A stretch of 64,000 nt of DNA. It comes from an uncultured delta proteobacterium. Its GTDB lineage: Bacteria; Desulfobacterota; Binatia; HRBIN30; BPIQ01. Below, in pieces: positions 1-9,217 of the stretch. Within the stretch, counting starts at the first letter, position 1. Each line of letters opens with the position of its first letter. Location: positions 224,001-288,000 of the forward strand of contig CAVXGR010000011.1 in NCBI GenBank assembly GCA_963761335.1, written 5' to 3'. A program made the translations under genes and the position numbers. Below the pieces are notes generated by a model that made no database searches, was not told the origin of the DNA, and saw only the letters and a program-made list of their open reading frames with translations.

Positions 1-583
1 CTCGACCAGCTCGCGCAGGAAGGCGGTGCTGGCGACGGCCCCAGTGGGGTTGTTCGGATAGTTGAGAAAAATGGCGCTGGCGCGGCGCGCGGTCTCCGCG
101 GGAATGTCGGCCAGCTTGGGAAGATAGGCGTTGCTCTCGAGAATGGGCACGCTGACCGGCTCGCCGCCGGCCAGCAGGATGCTGGCGCGATAGGCGGGGT
201 AGCCGGGATCGGTCATCAGCACCACATCGCCCGGGTTCACCCGCGCCCAGAACGAAATGGTGACAGCCCTCCTTGGAGCCGATCAGGCCGAGGACCTCGG
301 TGGCTGGATCGATCTTGACGCCGTACCGCCGCTCGTACCAGCCGGCGACCGACCGGCGAAAGGCGAGCATGCCCTTCTCCTCGTCGGTGGGATAGCGGTG
401 GTTCTCGGGATCCCGCGCCGCCTCGGCGAGCCGCTCCACGATCGGCGTGGGAGTGGCCTCGACCGGATCGCCGATCGCCAGGCTGATGACGTCGATGCCG
501 GCGGCGCGCGCCTTGCCGATCTTGTTCCGCAGCTCCATGAAGAGGTAGGGCGGAATTTTCTGGAGGCGTTCGGCCTTCTGCAT
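1..583 (-). CDS. dapL: LL-diaminopimelate aminotransferase-like class I/II aminotransferase (runs off window; apparent +1 frameshift at 246-248)
   Basis: Hand translation: MQKAERLQKIPPYLFMEL...GIDVISLAIGDP...NHRYP...LIGSKEG, then in the shifted frame ARVNPGDVVLMTDPGYPAY...FLNYPNNPTGA. Confidence 0.8.
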   Translation of the reverse strand, partial: MQKAERLQKIPPYLFMELRNKIGKARAAGIDVISLAIGDPVEATPTPIVERLAEAARDPENHRYPTDEEKGMLAFRRSVAGWYERRYGVKIDPATEVLGLIGSKEGCHHFVLGAGEPGRCGADDRSRLPRLSRQHPAGRRRAGQRAHSREQRLSSQAGRHSRGDRAPRQRHFSQLSEQPHWGRRQHRLPARAGR

Positions 584-842
584 CTCAACTCCTTCGCAGA
601 AATTTAGCCGCCAACGCCTAGCACCCGCTCAGCGGCGCTTCAAGGTGACGCAGGTGGGAAAGATTTCGTCGCCTTAAATTTTCGCGCAATCGTTGTAATA
701 CATGCCGTTAAGGGGTAAACAGTCCGCCGCAAATACATCGCTCCAGCGTTCGGGCCGCCGGGTCCGGGAGGTGCCATCAGCCTTCCTCACGCGTGGTGAA
801 TGAGGGCTCCAGGCAGAGAAAACACCGGGATCGCGCATACTT

Positions 843-1337
843 ATGCCCCATCGAGCCTTTATCGGCATCGGATCCAACTTGGGCGACCGAAAGGCGAACT
901 ATCGGGAAGCATGCGAACGTATCGGCGCTCTGCCAGACACCAGGATCGTCAAGCAGTCCTCGCTCTACGAGAGCGAGCCTCTCGGTGACGCCAAGACCTG
1001 GTTCGTCAACAGCGTCATCGAGATCGAGACCGAGTCCGCCCCCGAGCAGCTGCTGAAGAGCCTGCTGGCGATCGAAAAGACCATGGGACGCAAGCGCGTC
1101 CGCGGCAAGCGCTGGGGCTCCCGGATCATCGATCTCGACATCCTGCTGTTCGACAGCGAGGTGATCGAGAAGCGGAACCTGAAGATCCCCCATCCCGAGA
1201 TCCAGAACCGTCGCTTCGTCCTCGCACCGCTCAGCGAGCTGGCACCGCAGTTCATTCACCCGAAGCTGAACGCCAGCGTCAGCGAGCTCCTCGCCGGTCT
1301 GAAGAGCACCAAGAAGGTCCATCTCTTCCGCGGCTGA
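843..1337 (+). CDS. folK: 2-amino-4-hydroxy-6-hydroxymethyldihydropteridine diphosphokinase
   Basis: AFIGIGSNLGDR, SSLYESEP, RWGSRIIDLDILLF and IPHP...RRFVLAPL motifs. Confidence 0.95.
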   Translation: MPHRAFIGIGSNLGDRKANYREACERIGALPDTRIVKQSSLYESEPLGDAKTWFVNSVIEIETESAPEQLLKSLLAIEKTMGRKRVRGKRWGSRIIDLDILLFDSEVIEKRNLKIPHPEIQNRRFVLAPLSELAPQFIHPKLNASVSELLAGLKSTKKVHLFRG

Positions 1338-1399
1338 GAAGGCTGCGCTTGAGTGGCCGGGTTGAACCCAGGGAGCCGGTCCGCCGCCCCGCGGGCATA

Positions 1400-1449
1400 G
1401 GAGAAGCGGCGTCTCGCCGCTTCGGAAAGCGCCGGGACGGCGCTTCTAC
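1400..1449. repeat. GTAG-type REP doublet (family A, copy 1, inverted)
   Basis: Two hairpins, AAGCGGCG-tct-CGCCGCTT and AAGCGCCG-gga-CGGCGCTT, ending in CTAC; near-identical to 17491-17541 and 55877-55926. Confidence 0.85.
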
Positions 1450-1467
1450 TTTACTCTCGAGACAGCC

Positions 1468-3333
1468 TCACTCCGACATCAGCTGCAGCAGCGCAACCAC
1501 GTCGGCGGCATCGATGCGCGAATCGCCGTTGATGTCTGCGTCAGCCGGCGGCACAACCCCGCCCTGCCCGAAGATCTCCCCGATCAGTAGCTCGAGATCA
1601 CGGCCGTCGAGAACGCCATCGCCGTTCAGGTCACCGGGAACCACTCCGGTCGTCGGCGTCGGCGATGCCGCGGGCGTCGCCGACGAGGTGGGCTCCGAAG
1701 TCGGGGAGGCGGGCTGCGGTGACTCCGTGGCAGTGCTTGCCGCGGTCGCGCTGGATACCGGGACCGGGGTCTCGGTATCCGCCGGCGGAGCCGTCGCGGT
1801 CGCCGATGGCGGCGGTGTCACCGTCGGCGCCGTTCTGGTCGCCGTGGCGGTGGGCGGTGGCGTTCCGGTGCTGGTGGGCGTCGTCGTCGAAGCGCCGCGC
1901 GGGGTCCACGTCGACGTGGGCGTGCGGGTGAAGGTCCGCGTCGGCAGCGGCGTCAGGGTGATCGTCGGTGTCCAGGTGCGGGTGGGGATGCGTGTCTCGG
2001 TCGCCGTGGTCGACGGGGTCGCCGTGCGGAAGGGGGACGGCGTCGCCGTCATCGACGGGGACAGCGTCGCCGTCGGCGTCACCGTCGGCCCGGCGGCGGA
2101 GTTCAGCCAGTACGCAACGGTGATGTCCTGACTGCTCACTCCGTCCAGGAGCGGAATGCTGAGGCCGAGCGCCGCACCGTCCGTCCCTTCCTGAGGGTCG
2201 GACATGATGGCACTGCAATCGAAGGGAGCACCGGTGGCGGTGGTCAGGCAGGGGAACAGACCGCAGTTGCCGCCGGGACCGATGTTCTGGCCCGCCATGT
2301 CGTTGGCATCCAGAACGGCTGCGGTTGCGGCACCGGTGGTCAGCGGCACCAGGACCGGCGGACGCTGGTCGGGATCATCCTCCGTGCAGGGCAGGCCATC
2401 GGGGCCGTAGGCGGGGTTCCCCGGCTGCGCCGCACAGCCATCCCCGGAGCCCGGAGCGAAGAGCACAGATACGGAGAGGTTCAGCCAGAAAACGCCGGAG
2501 CCCGGCCCGCCACTGCCGGAAGCAGTGCTGCGCAGCGGCCCGTTGCACAGGCCGTCGTGTGGCGACGACGGGTTGCACGCCGGCGGCGCGGCTCCGTTCT
2601 CCAGACATGCCTGGCTTCCGGTGGTGAGATCGAAGGCGCTGCATTCGGGATCGACGTCGGCGGTGTCGTGGTCGCGGCTCAGCAGGAAGTCCACCGGCGA
2701 CAGCCCCGCGCAGCCGATCGAGCCGCCACCGGCATTGCCCACACCGAAGAGGTCGGCGTCCTCCACCGGGCGAAAGCAGGCGCACAGGCCGCTGCCCTGC
2801 ACGGGTGGGATGACGATCCCGTCGACCGGCAGCGCTACCGGGATGACCCCGTCGGCACCCGGCGAACCGATCACCAGGGTCACGGCAGCGTCGAGTCGCG
2901 AGCGGTCGATCGGCTCGATGAAGGCCTGGGCTGTCTGGAAGCGCAGGTTGCTGCGCGCCGGGTCGCTGACGAAGAAGGTGGCGGTCTCCAGCGAGCAGTT
3001 GGCGGCGCACCCGTCGCCGCCGAAGTGGTTGCCGTCGTCGCACTCCTCGTCGCCCTCGGTTGTGCCGTTGCCGCACATGGGCTCGACCGTCGGTGTCGGC
3101 GTCGGCGAAGGGGGCGGAGTGACGGTGGGGCTGGCCGTGGGCCCGGTCGCCGTGGCGCTGGGCTCGGGGGGCGCAACCGTGGCGGTCGCCGTGGGTGTCT
3201 CCTCCGCCGGCGTCATCGTCTGGGCGCCGGCCGGGCAAGCGAGGAGCATCACCGCGGCCAACAGAGCCAGTAGCGGCGCTGCGCCGCCAACCCGTCGCTT
3301 CCAGAAGCTGCCCTGCCGTCGTTTCCCGCGCAT
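1468..3333 (-). CDS. Secreted Cys-rich protein with myxobacterial disulfide repeat, Pro/Thr-rich linkers and C-terminal dockerin-like domain
   Basis: Signal peptide (LLALLAAVMLLACPAGA), CGNGTTEGDEECDDGNHFGGDGCAANC repeat, long TPT linker, duplicated GDLNGDGVLDGRD / ADINGDSRIDAAD Ca-binding loops. Confidence 0.8.
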   Translation of the reverse strand: MRGKRRQGSFWKRRVGGAAPLLALLAAVMLLACPAGAQTMTPAEETPTATATVAPPEPSATATGPTASPTVTPPPSPTPTPTVEPMCGNGTTEGDEECDDGNHFGGDGCAANCSLETATFFVSDPARSNLRFQTAQAFIEPIDRSRLDAAVTLVIGSPGADGVIPVALPVDGIVIPPVQGSGLCACFRPVEDADLFGVGNAGGGSIGCAGLSPVDFLLSRDHDTADVDPECSAFDLTTGSQACLENGAAPPACNPSSPHDGLCNGPLRSTASGSGGPGSGVFWLNLSVSVLFAPGSGDGCAAQPGNPAYGPDGLPCTEDDPDQRPPVLVPLTTGAATAAVLDANDMAGQNIGPGGNCGLFPCLTTATGAPFDCSAIMSDPQEGTDGAALGLSIPLLDGVSSQDITVAYWLNSAAGPTVTPTATLSPSMTATPSPFRTATPSTTATETRIPTRTWTPTITLTPLPTRTFTRTPTSTWTPRGASTTTPTSTGTPPPTATATRTAPTVTPPPSATATAPPADTETPVPVSSATAASTATESPQPASPTSEPTSSATPAASPTPTTGVVPGDLNGDGVLDGRDLELLIGEIFGQGGVVPPADADINGDSRIDAADVVALLQLMSE

Positions 3334-3470
3334 GCGAAAGTCCCTACGGAGCCGCAAGCTGTAGCCTCTAGCACAGAACCGTGCAGCGATTGAAGCTGCG
3401 CGGCCCGCCGACGCTCGTGCAAGCGCGGCGGTACCCGCGGAGGGCGGCTTCTGATAAGAAGGGCCCCCGC

Positions 3471-4515
3471 ATGAACGCCTTCCGCCCGACAATCCTGCAG
3501 ATGCGTGGCTATACCCCCGGCGAGCAACCCCAGGATCGCCGCTACGTGAAGCTCAACACCAACGAGAACCCCTACCCTCCCTCGCCTCGCGCCATCGAGG
3601 CGGTGCGCGCCGCCGCTGGGGCGGACATGCGGCTCTACCCCGATCCGCTCGCCGGAGACCTGCGGCGCGCCGCCGCGGATCTGTACGGAGTCGACGCCGA
3701 TCAGGTGTTGGTGGGCAACGGCTCTGACGATCTGCTCACCATTCTCTTCCGGACCTGTGTCGGCCGCGGAGACCGGGCGGCGTATCCGGTGCCGACCTAC
3801 AGCCTCTACGACACTCTGGTCCGCTTGCAGGACGGCGAGGCCGTCCGCCCCGCCTTTGGCGGCGACTTCGTCCTTCCCGAGGCGATCGACGCGGCGGGGG
3901 CGCGACTGACGATCATCTGCAATCCCAACTCTCCCTCCGGCACGCTCACGCCGATCGAGCGCCTCGAGCGCCTCGCCGAACGGGTGGACGGTCTGCTCGT
4001 GGTCGACGAAGCCTACATCGACTTCGCCGAGGAAAAGGCGACGGCGTTGCCGCTCCTACGGCGGCACCAGAACGTCGTCGTCCTGCGCACACTCTCGAAG
4101 TCGTACTCACTCGCCGGCATGCGCATCGGCCTCGGCTTCGCGGTGCCGGCGGTCATCGGCGAGCTGTGCAAAGCCAAAGACTCATACAACATCAGCCGCA
4201 CCAGCATCGCCGCGGGGGCCGCGGCCTTGCAGGACCAGGAGCACATGCGCGCCAACGTGGCGCGCATCCGCCGCACCCGCGAGCATCTCATCGCCGAGCT
4301 TGGTCAGCTCGGCTACGCGGTGCCGCCGAGCCAGGCCAACTTCGTCCTGGCGCGCCGCGCCGGGCGCCGACCAGGAGCCGGTATACCGCGCCTTGAAGGA
4401 GCACGGTGTTCTGGTGCGCTACTTCGCCACCCCCGACCTCTTCGACGCCCTCCGCATCAGCGTCGGCACCGACGAGGAGGTCGAGCGGCTGCTGTCGGCC
4501 CTGCGCGAGGCGTAG
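3471..4515 (+). CDS. hisC: Histidinol-phosphate aminotransferase (apparent +1 frameshift at 4362-4364)
   Basis: YTPGEQP, KLNTNENPYPPSP, GNGSDD, VVDEAY and RTLSKSYSLAGMRIG motifs; the C-terminus (GVLVRYF...LRISVGT) lies in the next frame. Confidence 0.9.
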
Positions 4516-4594
4516 CGCAGGGAGCGCGGCTCGCTTGGCCGCCACGGCTCTTTGACCTCTACTTGCGGCCGGGACGGCGGCGCTCCCGGGCCGG

Positions 4595-5968
4595 CTACTT
4601 CGCGGGGGTACTGGCGGCGGCCCGCGTCGGCGTCGGCTGCACCATGAAGTCGCGGCGCTGCTTGTCCACCCGCTTCTCGACGTAATCGCGCACCAGCAGC
4701 ACGGTGCCGCTACCGGCGCGGGTGGCGGCGATCTCGGTCTTCTCGTCGTGCTGCCACTTGCCGAGCAGGATGGTACCGATCTCCTTGTCGCCCTCGCCGC
4801 TGATGGTGATCGAGATCTCCGGGGCCGCCAGGCCGTAGATGCTGAGATCGGTGACGCCGTCGGCCACGACTTCGGAGCCCTTGAGATCGTCGACATCGGC
4901 AATGAACTGCGTCGCCGCCCGCTCCGAAGTCTGTCCCTCGGCATTCGCCAGTCGCCAGGTGTCGTCGGCGCGCACCAGCTTGAAGCCGCCGCCGTCGGCG
5001 CGCTGCACCTGCACCGAGCTCAGCTTGTCCTTGTCGAAGGCGAGCAGGGTCTTGTCGCGGAAGTCGTTGGCCGACTTGTCGAGGTCGCGAAAGGCCCAGT
5101 CGCCGACGGCGTAGACCGTCGGTGCCGCGGCGGTCTTCACGAAGATCTGGCTCGGCTCGTTGTCCTTGCCGACCAGCAGCTCGTCCGTCTTGTCGCCGCC
5201 CAGCCCGACGCTGACCGTCAATCGCGGCGCCGCCAGGCCGTACTGCTGCAGATCGGTGGGCGCCTCGCTGGGGAAATCGACGGCGCGCAGGTTGCGCAGG
5301 GTGGACAGATAGCTGCGCACGATGGTGTCGTCGGCGGCGTGATCGCCCGGCGACTCGATGCGCCAGCGCCCGTCCTTCTTCACCAGAACGATGTCGGCGC
5401 CTTCCTTGTGGACCGCGATCCGCTGCACCTGGTCGTCGGTGAAGGTGAGAATCGACTTGTCGCGCAGGTCCTTCGGCTTCTTGTCGAGGGTCGAGCGGCA
5501 ACTGGTGGAGGTGAGCAGCAGCTTGTCCTCGCCGCTGCGCAAAGCGTAGGCGGCATCGCCGACCGGCGCCGCTTTGCCGATCTCGAGCGCCGGCACCTCC
5601 TTGCCGGGAACGGTGATCTTCACCGTGGTCATCGGCTTGTCGAGACCGTAAGGCGCCAGATCCTTCGGCTTCTCCTCGATCGTGCGCTTGAGCTCGCACT
5701 GCGACAGCGTCTTCAAGAGGCTCTGTACCGAGATGCCGTCGGCCTTCGCTTTCACCGGCTCGCTGAGACTCCAGGCGCCGTTCGCCTTCTCGACGACGAT
5801 CTTTCGATCGGGATAGGTCAACGACACCGCGGTGACGGCGTCGGGATCGAACTGGAGAACCGTCTCCTTCTTCTCCTCCTTCACCGCGGCGGGATACTCG
5901 ACGAAGTAGACGTACCCGCCCAGCCCGAGAAGGACGATCAGGAGGATCAGAGTGTTGCGGAATCGCAT
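4595..5968 (-). CDS. DUF4340-domain membrane-anchored protein (Gld-like ABC operon)
   Basis: N-terminal TM helix and three repeats of W..P..AD / DL..YGL..P / LRDK..L.F; downstream of GldG-like gene. Confidence 0.75.
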   Translation of the reverse strand: MRFRNTLILLIVLLGLGGYVYFVEYPAAVKEEKKETVLQFDPDAVTAVSLTYPDRKIVVEKANGAWSLSEPVKAKADGISVQSLLKTLSQCELKRTIEEKPKDLAPYGLDKPMTTVKITVPGKEVPALEIGKAAPVGDAAYALRSGEDKLLLTSTSCRSTLDKKPKDLRDKSILTFTDDQVQRIAVHKEGADIVLVKKDGRWRIESPGDHAADDTIVRSYLSTLRNLRAVDFPSEAPTDLQQYGLAAPRLTVSVGLGGDKTDELLVGKDNEPSQIFVKTAAAPTVYAVGDWAFRDLDKSANDFRDKTLLAFDKDKLSSVQVQRADGGGFKLVRADDTWRLANAEGQTSERAATQFIADVDDLKGSEVVADGVTDLSIYGLAAPEISITISGEGDKEIGTILLGKWQHDEKTEIAATRAGSGTVLLVRDYVEKRVDKQRRDFMVQPTPTRAAASTPAK

Positions 5969-5974
5969 GGCGAT

Positions 5975-7528
5975 TCAGGCGTTGGCGCGCCGCCACCAGA
6001 CGGCGAGACCGGCGATCAGCAGCACCTCCGGGAGAATCAGCACGGAAACATAGAAGATCAGGGTGCCTTCCGACGGCGTGAACTGCGCCCGCGAGGCGCG
6101 AATCGTCCGCGGCCGGATCGACACCAGATCCGACTCACCCACAAGCCAGCCGGCGGCGTTGAGGAAGAGATCGCGGTTGTAGAAGGTGCCTTCCAGATGG
6201 TCGTTGTCGGCGAACTGGGAGCTGCCGAAGACCACCAGGCGCGTCTCCTGCTTGCCCGCGCCGCCCGCCTGCGAGCCCTCCACCGCCACGCCGACGGAGA
6301 CCGGACCCTTCTTGTCGGTCGCCGGATCGAGCACGGCCTGATGGTTGTCGAACAGCGCCTCGAGATCCGTCTCCGCCCAGCTCGACGCCGAGGTCTTGAC
6401 CAGGTCGGTGCCGTGCAGGGTCGCTTTGCCCGCCGTGTCGGTGCTCACCGAGCGGGTCATCGGGAAGATGGTTCGCTCGTGAAAGCCCTGGGTGATCTCG
6501 TGCTCGCCGTAGGTGTCGACCAGCGGCGCCAGGCCGAGGGCGGGCCCCTGGAACAGGCGCATCACCTGGTCGACGACGACGTCGTTGCCGACCTTCACTC
6601 CCCAGCTCGCCAGCAGCGGCTCGAGCTTTTCTCCCTTGCGCGGTGGCAGCAACGCCAGCAGGCGACCGCCACCGGCGAGATAGGTCTCCAGGGCGTGCAC
6701 CTCGCTGTCGAGGAGCGGCTTGTCCGGACCCGCCTCGACCACCAGGCTGCAGTCGTCCGGCACCTTCGCCAGGCTCGCCAGCAGGATCTTCTTGACCTCG
6801 TAGTTCTCGTTCTCGAGCGCCGTCTTGGCGGACGCGTACCCCTGCGGGCTCTGGGCATCGTTGGTGTCGGGCTCGCCGTGCCCCTCGATGAAACACACCA
6901 CTTTCTTGCCGCCGCGAGTGACGCGAATGAGGGCGTTGGTCAGCGTCTCCTCGTTCGGCTGCGTGACCAGCGTGGTCTCCTTGCCGTACTCCACCACCAC
7001 GGTGTTGTAGGCGGTGACCTTGTACTTCTCCGCGGTCACCGGGTCCTTCTGCGGGTCGATCATCTGGTACGAGACCTTGCCCGACTCGTACTTGAAGCTG
7101 TCGAGCAGGTCGTGCAGCTCCGGGTTCTCGCCGCCCTCGACGAAGGCGCGCAGAACCAGATCCTTGTCCAGGTTCTTCACCACCTTCTTGGCCTGCGGAG
7201 AGAGGCTGTAGACGCCGGCCTCGGTGAGATCGAAGCGGTGGTGGTGACGGGTGGAGATGTAGTTCAGCAGGCCGAGAACGGCGAGAAAGATCACCGTGTA
7301 GAGGAAGGCGTTCGCCCCGTAGCGCGTCGAGCGCTCGCCGACGAAGCTGCGCAGGCTGTCGACTCCGGAGCTGAGATAGGCGATCAGGGCAAGCACGCCA
7401 AAGCCGGCGTGCACGAGAATGTAGACGACGTCGACGCTGTTGCGCCCCCCGGTGAGCAGCCAGGCAGCGCCCGCGAAGGCGAGCAGGATGAGACCGACGA
7501 GACCGAGGAGAGAGCTGGAGCGACGCAC
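5975..7528 (-). CDS. GldG-like ABC-type uncharacterised transport system auxiliary component
   Basis: RFDLTEAGVYSLS, FIEGHGE, NRDLFLNAAGWL and C-terminal TM ending VWWRR. Confidence 0.85.
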   Translation of the reverse strand: MRRSSSLLGLVGLILLAFAGAAWLLTGGRNSVDVVYILVHAGFGVLALIAYLSSGVDSLRSFVGERSTRYGANAFLYTVIFLAVLGLLNYISTRHHHRFDLTEAGVYSLSPQAKKVVKNLDKDLVLRAFVEGGENPELHDLLDSFKYESGKVSYQMIDPQKDPVTAEKYKVTAYNTVVVEYGKETTLVTQPNEETLTNALIRVTRGGKKVVCFIEGHGEPDTNDAQSPQGYASAKTALENENYEVKKILLASLAKVPDDCSLVVEAGPDKPLLDSEVHALETYLAGGGRLLALLPPRKGEKLEPLLASWGVKVGNDVVVDQVMRLFQGPALGLAPLVDTYGEHEITQGFHERTIFPMTRSVSTDTAGKATLHGTDLVKTSASSWAETDLEALFDNHQAVLDPATDKKGPVSVGVAVEGSQAGGAGKQETRLVVFGSSQFADNDHLEGTFYNRDLFLNAAGWLVGESDLVSIRPRTIRASRAQFTPSEGTLIFYVSVLILPEVLLIAGLAVWWRRANA

Positions 7529-7531
7529 CGG

Positions 7532-8305
7532 TTACCTCCAGCGGATCGACTCGACCGAGCGCTGCGTCAGGAACAGCGAGAGAACGATCACGGTGGCGAA
7601 GTAGACCAGATCGCGCGTGTCGATCAGGCCCTTCACCATCTCACTGAAATGCTCGGTCAAAGATAGATACTGCAGCACTCCGCCGACCACTCCTCCCGCC
7701 GACTCCGCCGGCCAGGAGATCACGTAGAGGAGCAGCAGCGCCACCAGGCAGCTCACCGCGGCGACGATCTGGTTCTCCGTCAGCGACGAGGTGAGCAGCC
7801 CGACCGAGACGAAGGAGGTGGCCAGGAGCAGCAGGCCGATATATCCGGCCGCCATCACTCCCGCCTCCGGATTGCCGTAGATCGCCAGGAGCAGGGGATA
7901 GATACCGGTCAGCGCCACCATGATCAGCGTGAAGCCGAAGGCGCCGAGGAACTTGCCGAGCACGATCTCGGTGACCGACAGCGGCGAGGTCATCAGCAGC
8001 TCGTAGGTGCCGGCGCGCTTCTCCTCGGCGAAGCTGCGCATGGTGATCACCGGCACCAGGATCACCAGCACCACGGAGAGGTTGTGCAGCAGCGGGGCGA
8101 TGACGAACTCGTTCAGGTTCAGATGCGCCATCGCCTCCGGGTTGCGCAGGGCGGAGTAGATGTTCAGCAGGAAGTTGAAGCGCGCCAGCAGATTGAAGAA
8201 GAACCAACCGCCCAGGAGCAGAAAGCCGGTGAGGACGACGTAGGCGATGGGTGAGACGAAGTAGGAGCGCAGCTCCTTGCCGGCGATCGTCAAGATGTTC
8301 TTCAT
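7532..8305 (-). CDS. ABC-2 permease, GldF-like
   Basis: KELRSYFVSPIAY, TMRSFAEEKRAGTYELLMTSP and TENQIVAA motifs. Confidence 0.9.
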   Translation of the reverse strand: MKNILTIAGKELRSYFVSPIAYVVLTGFLLLGGWFFFNLLARFNFLLNIYSALRNPEAMAHLNLNEFVIAPLLHNLSVVLVILVPVITMRSFAEEKRAGTYELLMTSPLSVTEIVLGKFLGAFGFTLIMVALTGIYPLLLAIYGNPEAGVMAAGYIGLLLLATSFVSVGLLTSSLTENQIVAAVSCLVALLLLYVISWPAESAGGVVGGVLQYLSLTEHFSEMVKGLIDTRDLVYFATVIVLSLFLTQRSVESIRWR

Positions 8306-8321
8306 ATCCTCGACCGGGCCT

Positions 8322-9071
8322 TCAGGGCGCCGCCGCTGCCGCGGGAGACGCGCCCGGAGCCTCGACCTCTTTCGAGATGAAGCGCAGGAACACCTCCTCG
8401 AGGCTGCGGCCCTGCGTCAGCTCCGGCAAGAGGCCCTCGACGGCGATGCGCCCCTGGTTGATGATCACCACTTTCTCGCAGAGCTGGGCGACCTCGGGCA
8501 GGATGTGCGTCGAGAGGATCACCGTGCGCTCGCCGGCGAGCTCGCGGATGAGCGTGCGGATGTCGATGATCTGGCGCGGATCGAGGCCGATGGTCGGCTC
8601 GTCGAGCACCAGCACGGCGGGATCGTTGATCAGCGCCTGCGCCAGACCGACGCGCTGGCGGAAGCCCTTGGAGAGATGGCCACAGACGCGTCTCTGCACC
8701 TCGCCGAGGCCGCAGCGCTCGACACCGCGATCGACGGCGCCGCGGAGATTGGCGTTGGCCACACCCTTGATGCGCGCCGCAAACTCGAGATAGCCGCTCA
8801 CCGTCATGTCGTTGTACAGAGGCGGGTTCTCGGGCAGATAGCCGATGCGCTTGCGCACCTCGTAGGACTGCTCGAAGATGTCGAAGCCCGCCACCTTCAC
8901 CGTCCCCGACGAGGCCGGCAGAAAGCCGGTGATGATGCGCATCGTCGTGGTCTTGCCGGCGCCGTTGGGACCGAGAAAGCCGAGAATCTGTCCCTTTTCG
9001 GCGGTGAAGCTGATGTCCCGGATGGCGACGATGTCGCCATATCTCTTGGTGAGCTGGCGCACCTCAATCAT
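8322..9071 (-). CDS. ABC transporter ATP-binding protein, GldA-like
   Basis: Walker A GPNGAGKTT, LSKGFRQRVG, LVLDEPT, STH. Confidence 0.93.
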   Translation of the reverse strand: MIEVRQLTKRYGDIVAIRDISFTAEKGQILGFLGPNGAGKTTTMRIITGFLPASSGTVKVAGFDIFEQSYEVRKRIGYLPENPPLYNDMTVSGYLEFAARIKGVANANLRGAVDRGVERCGLGEVQRRVCGHLSKGFRQRVGLAQALINDPAVLVLDEPTIGLDPRQIIDIRTLIRELAGERTVILSTHILPEVAQLCEKVVIINQGRIAVEGLLPELTQGRSLEEVFLRFISKEVEAPGASPAAAAAP

Positions 9072-9217
9072 CGGGCTGCTCGCGACATAAGCAAAGCGGT
9101 TAGTCTACCTCAACACGAGAAAAAACGATCGCTGTTTAGACATCGGGTTTCGGGTTGTCAAGGCAGCGCCGCGATGCGGTGATTCACCGGAGCCATTGTG
9201 TTACCCTGCCCCTGCCC

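Noticed and set aside
4748..7666. 972-aa plus-strand ORF (and similar long ORFs such as 42704-45211, 9881-11611, 17343-19445)
   Set aside because: Antisense shadows of real genes; stop codons are rare in high-GC DNA and the translations have no recognisable motifs.
4595..9071. Gliding motility system
   Set aside because: GldA/F/G-like ABC operons are widespread in non-gliding bacteria and no other gld/spr genes are present.
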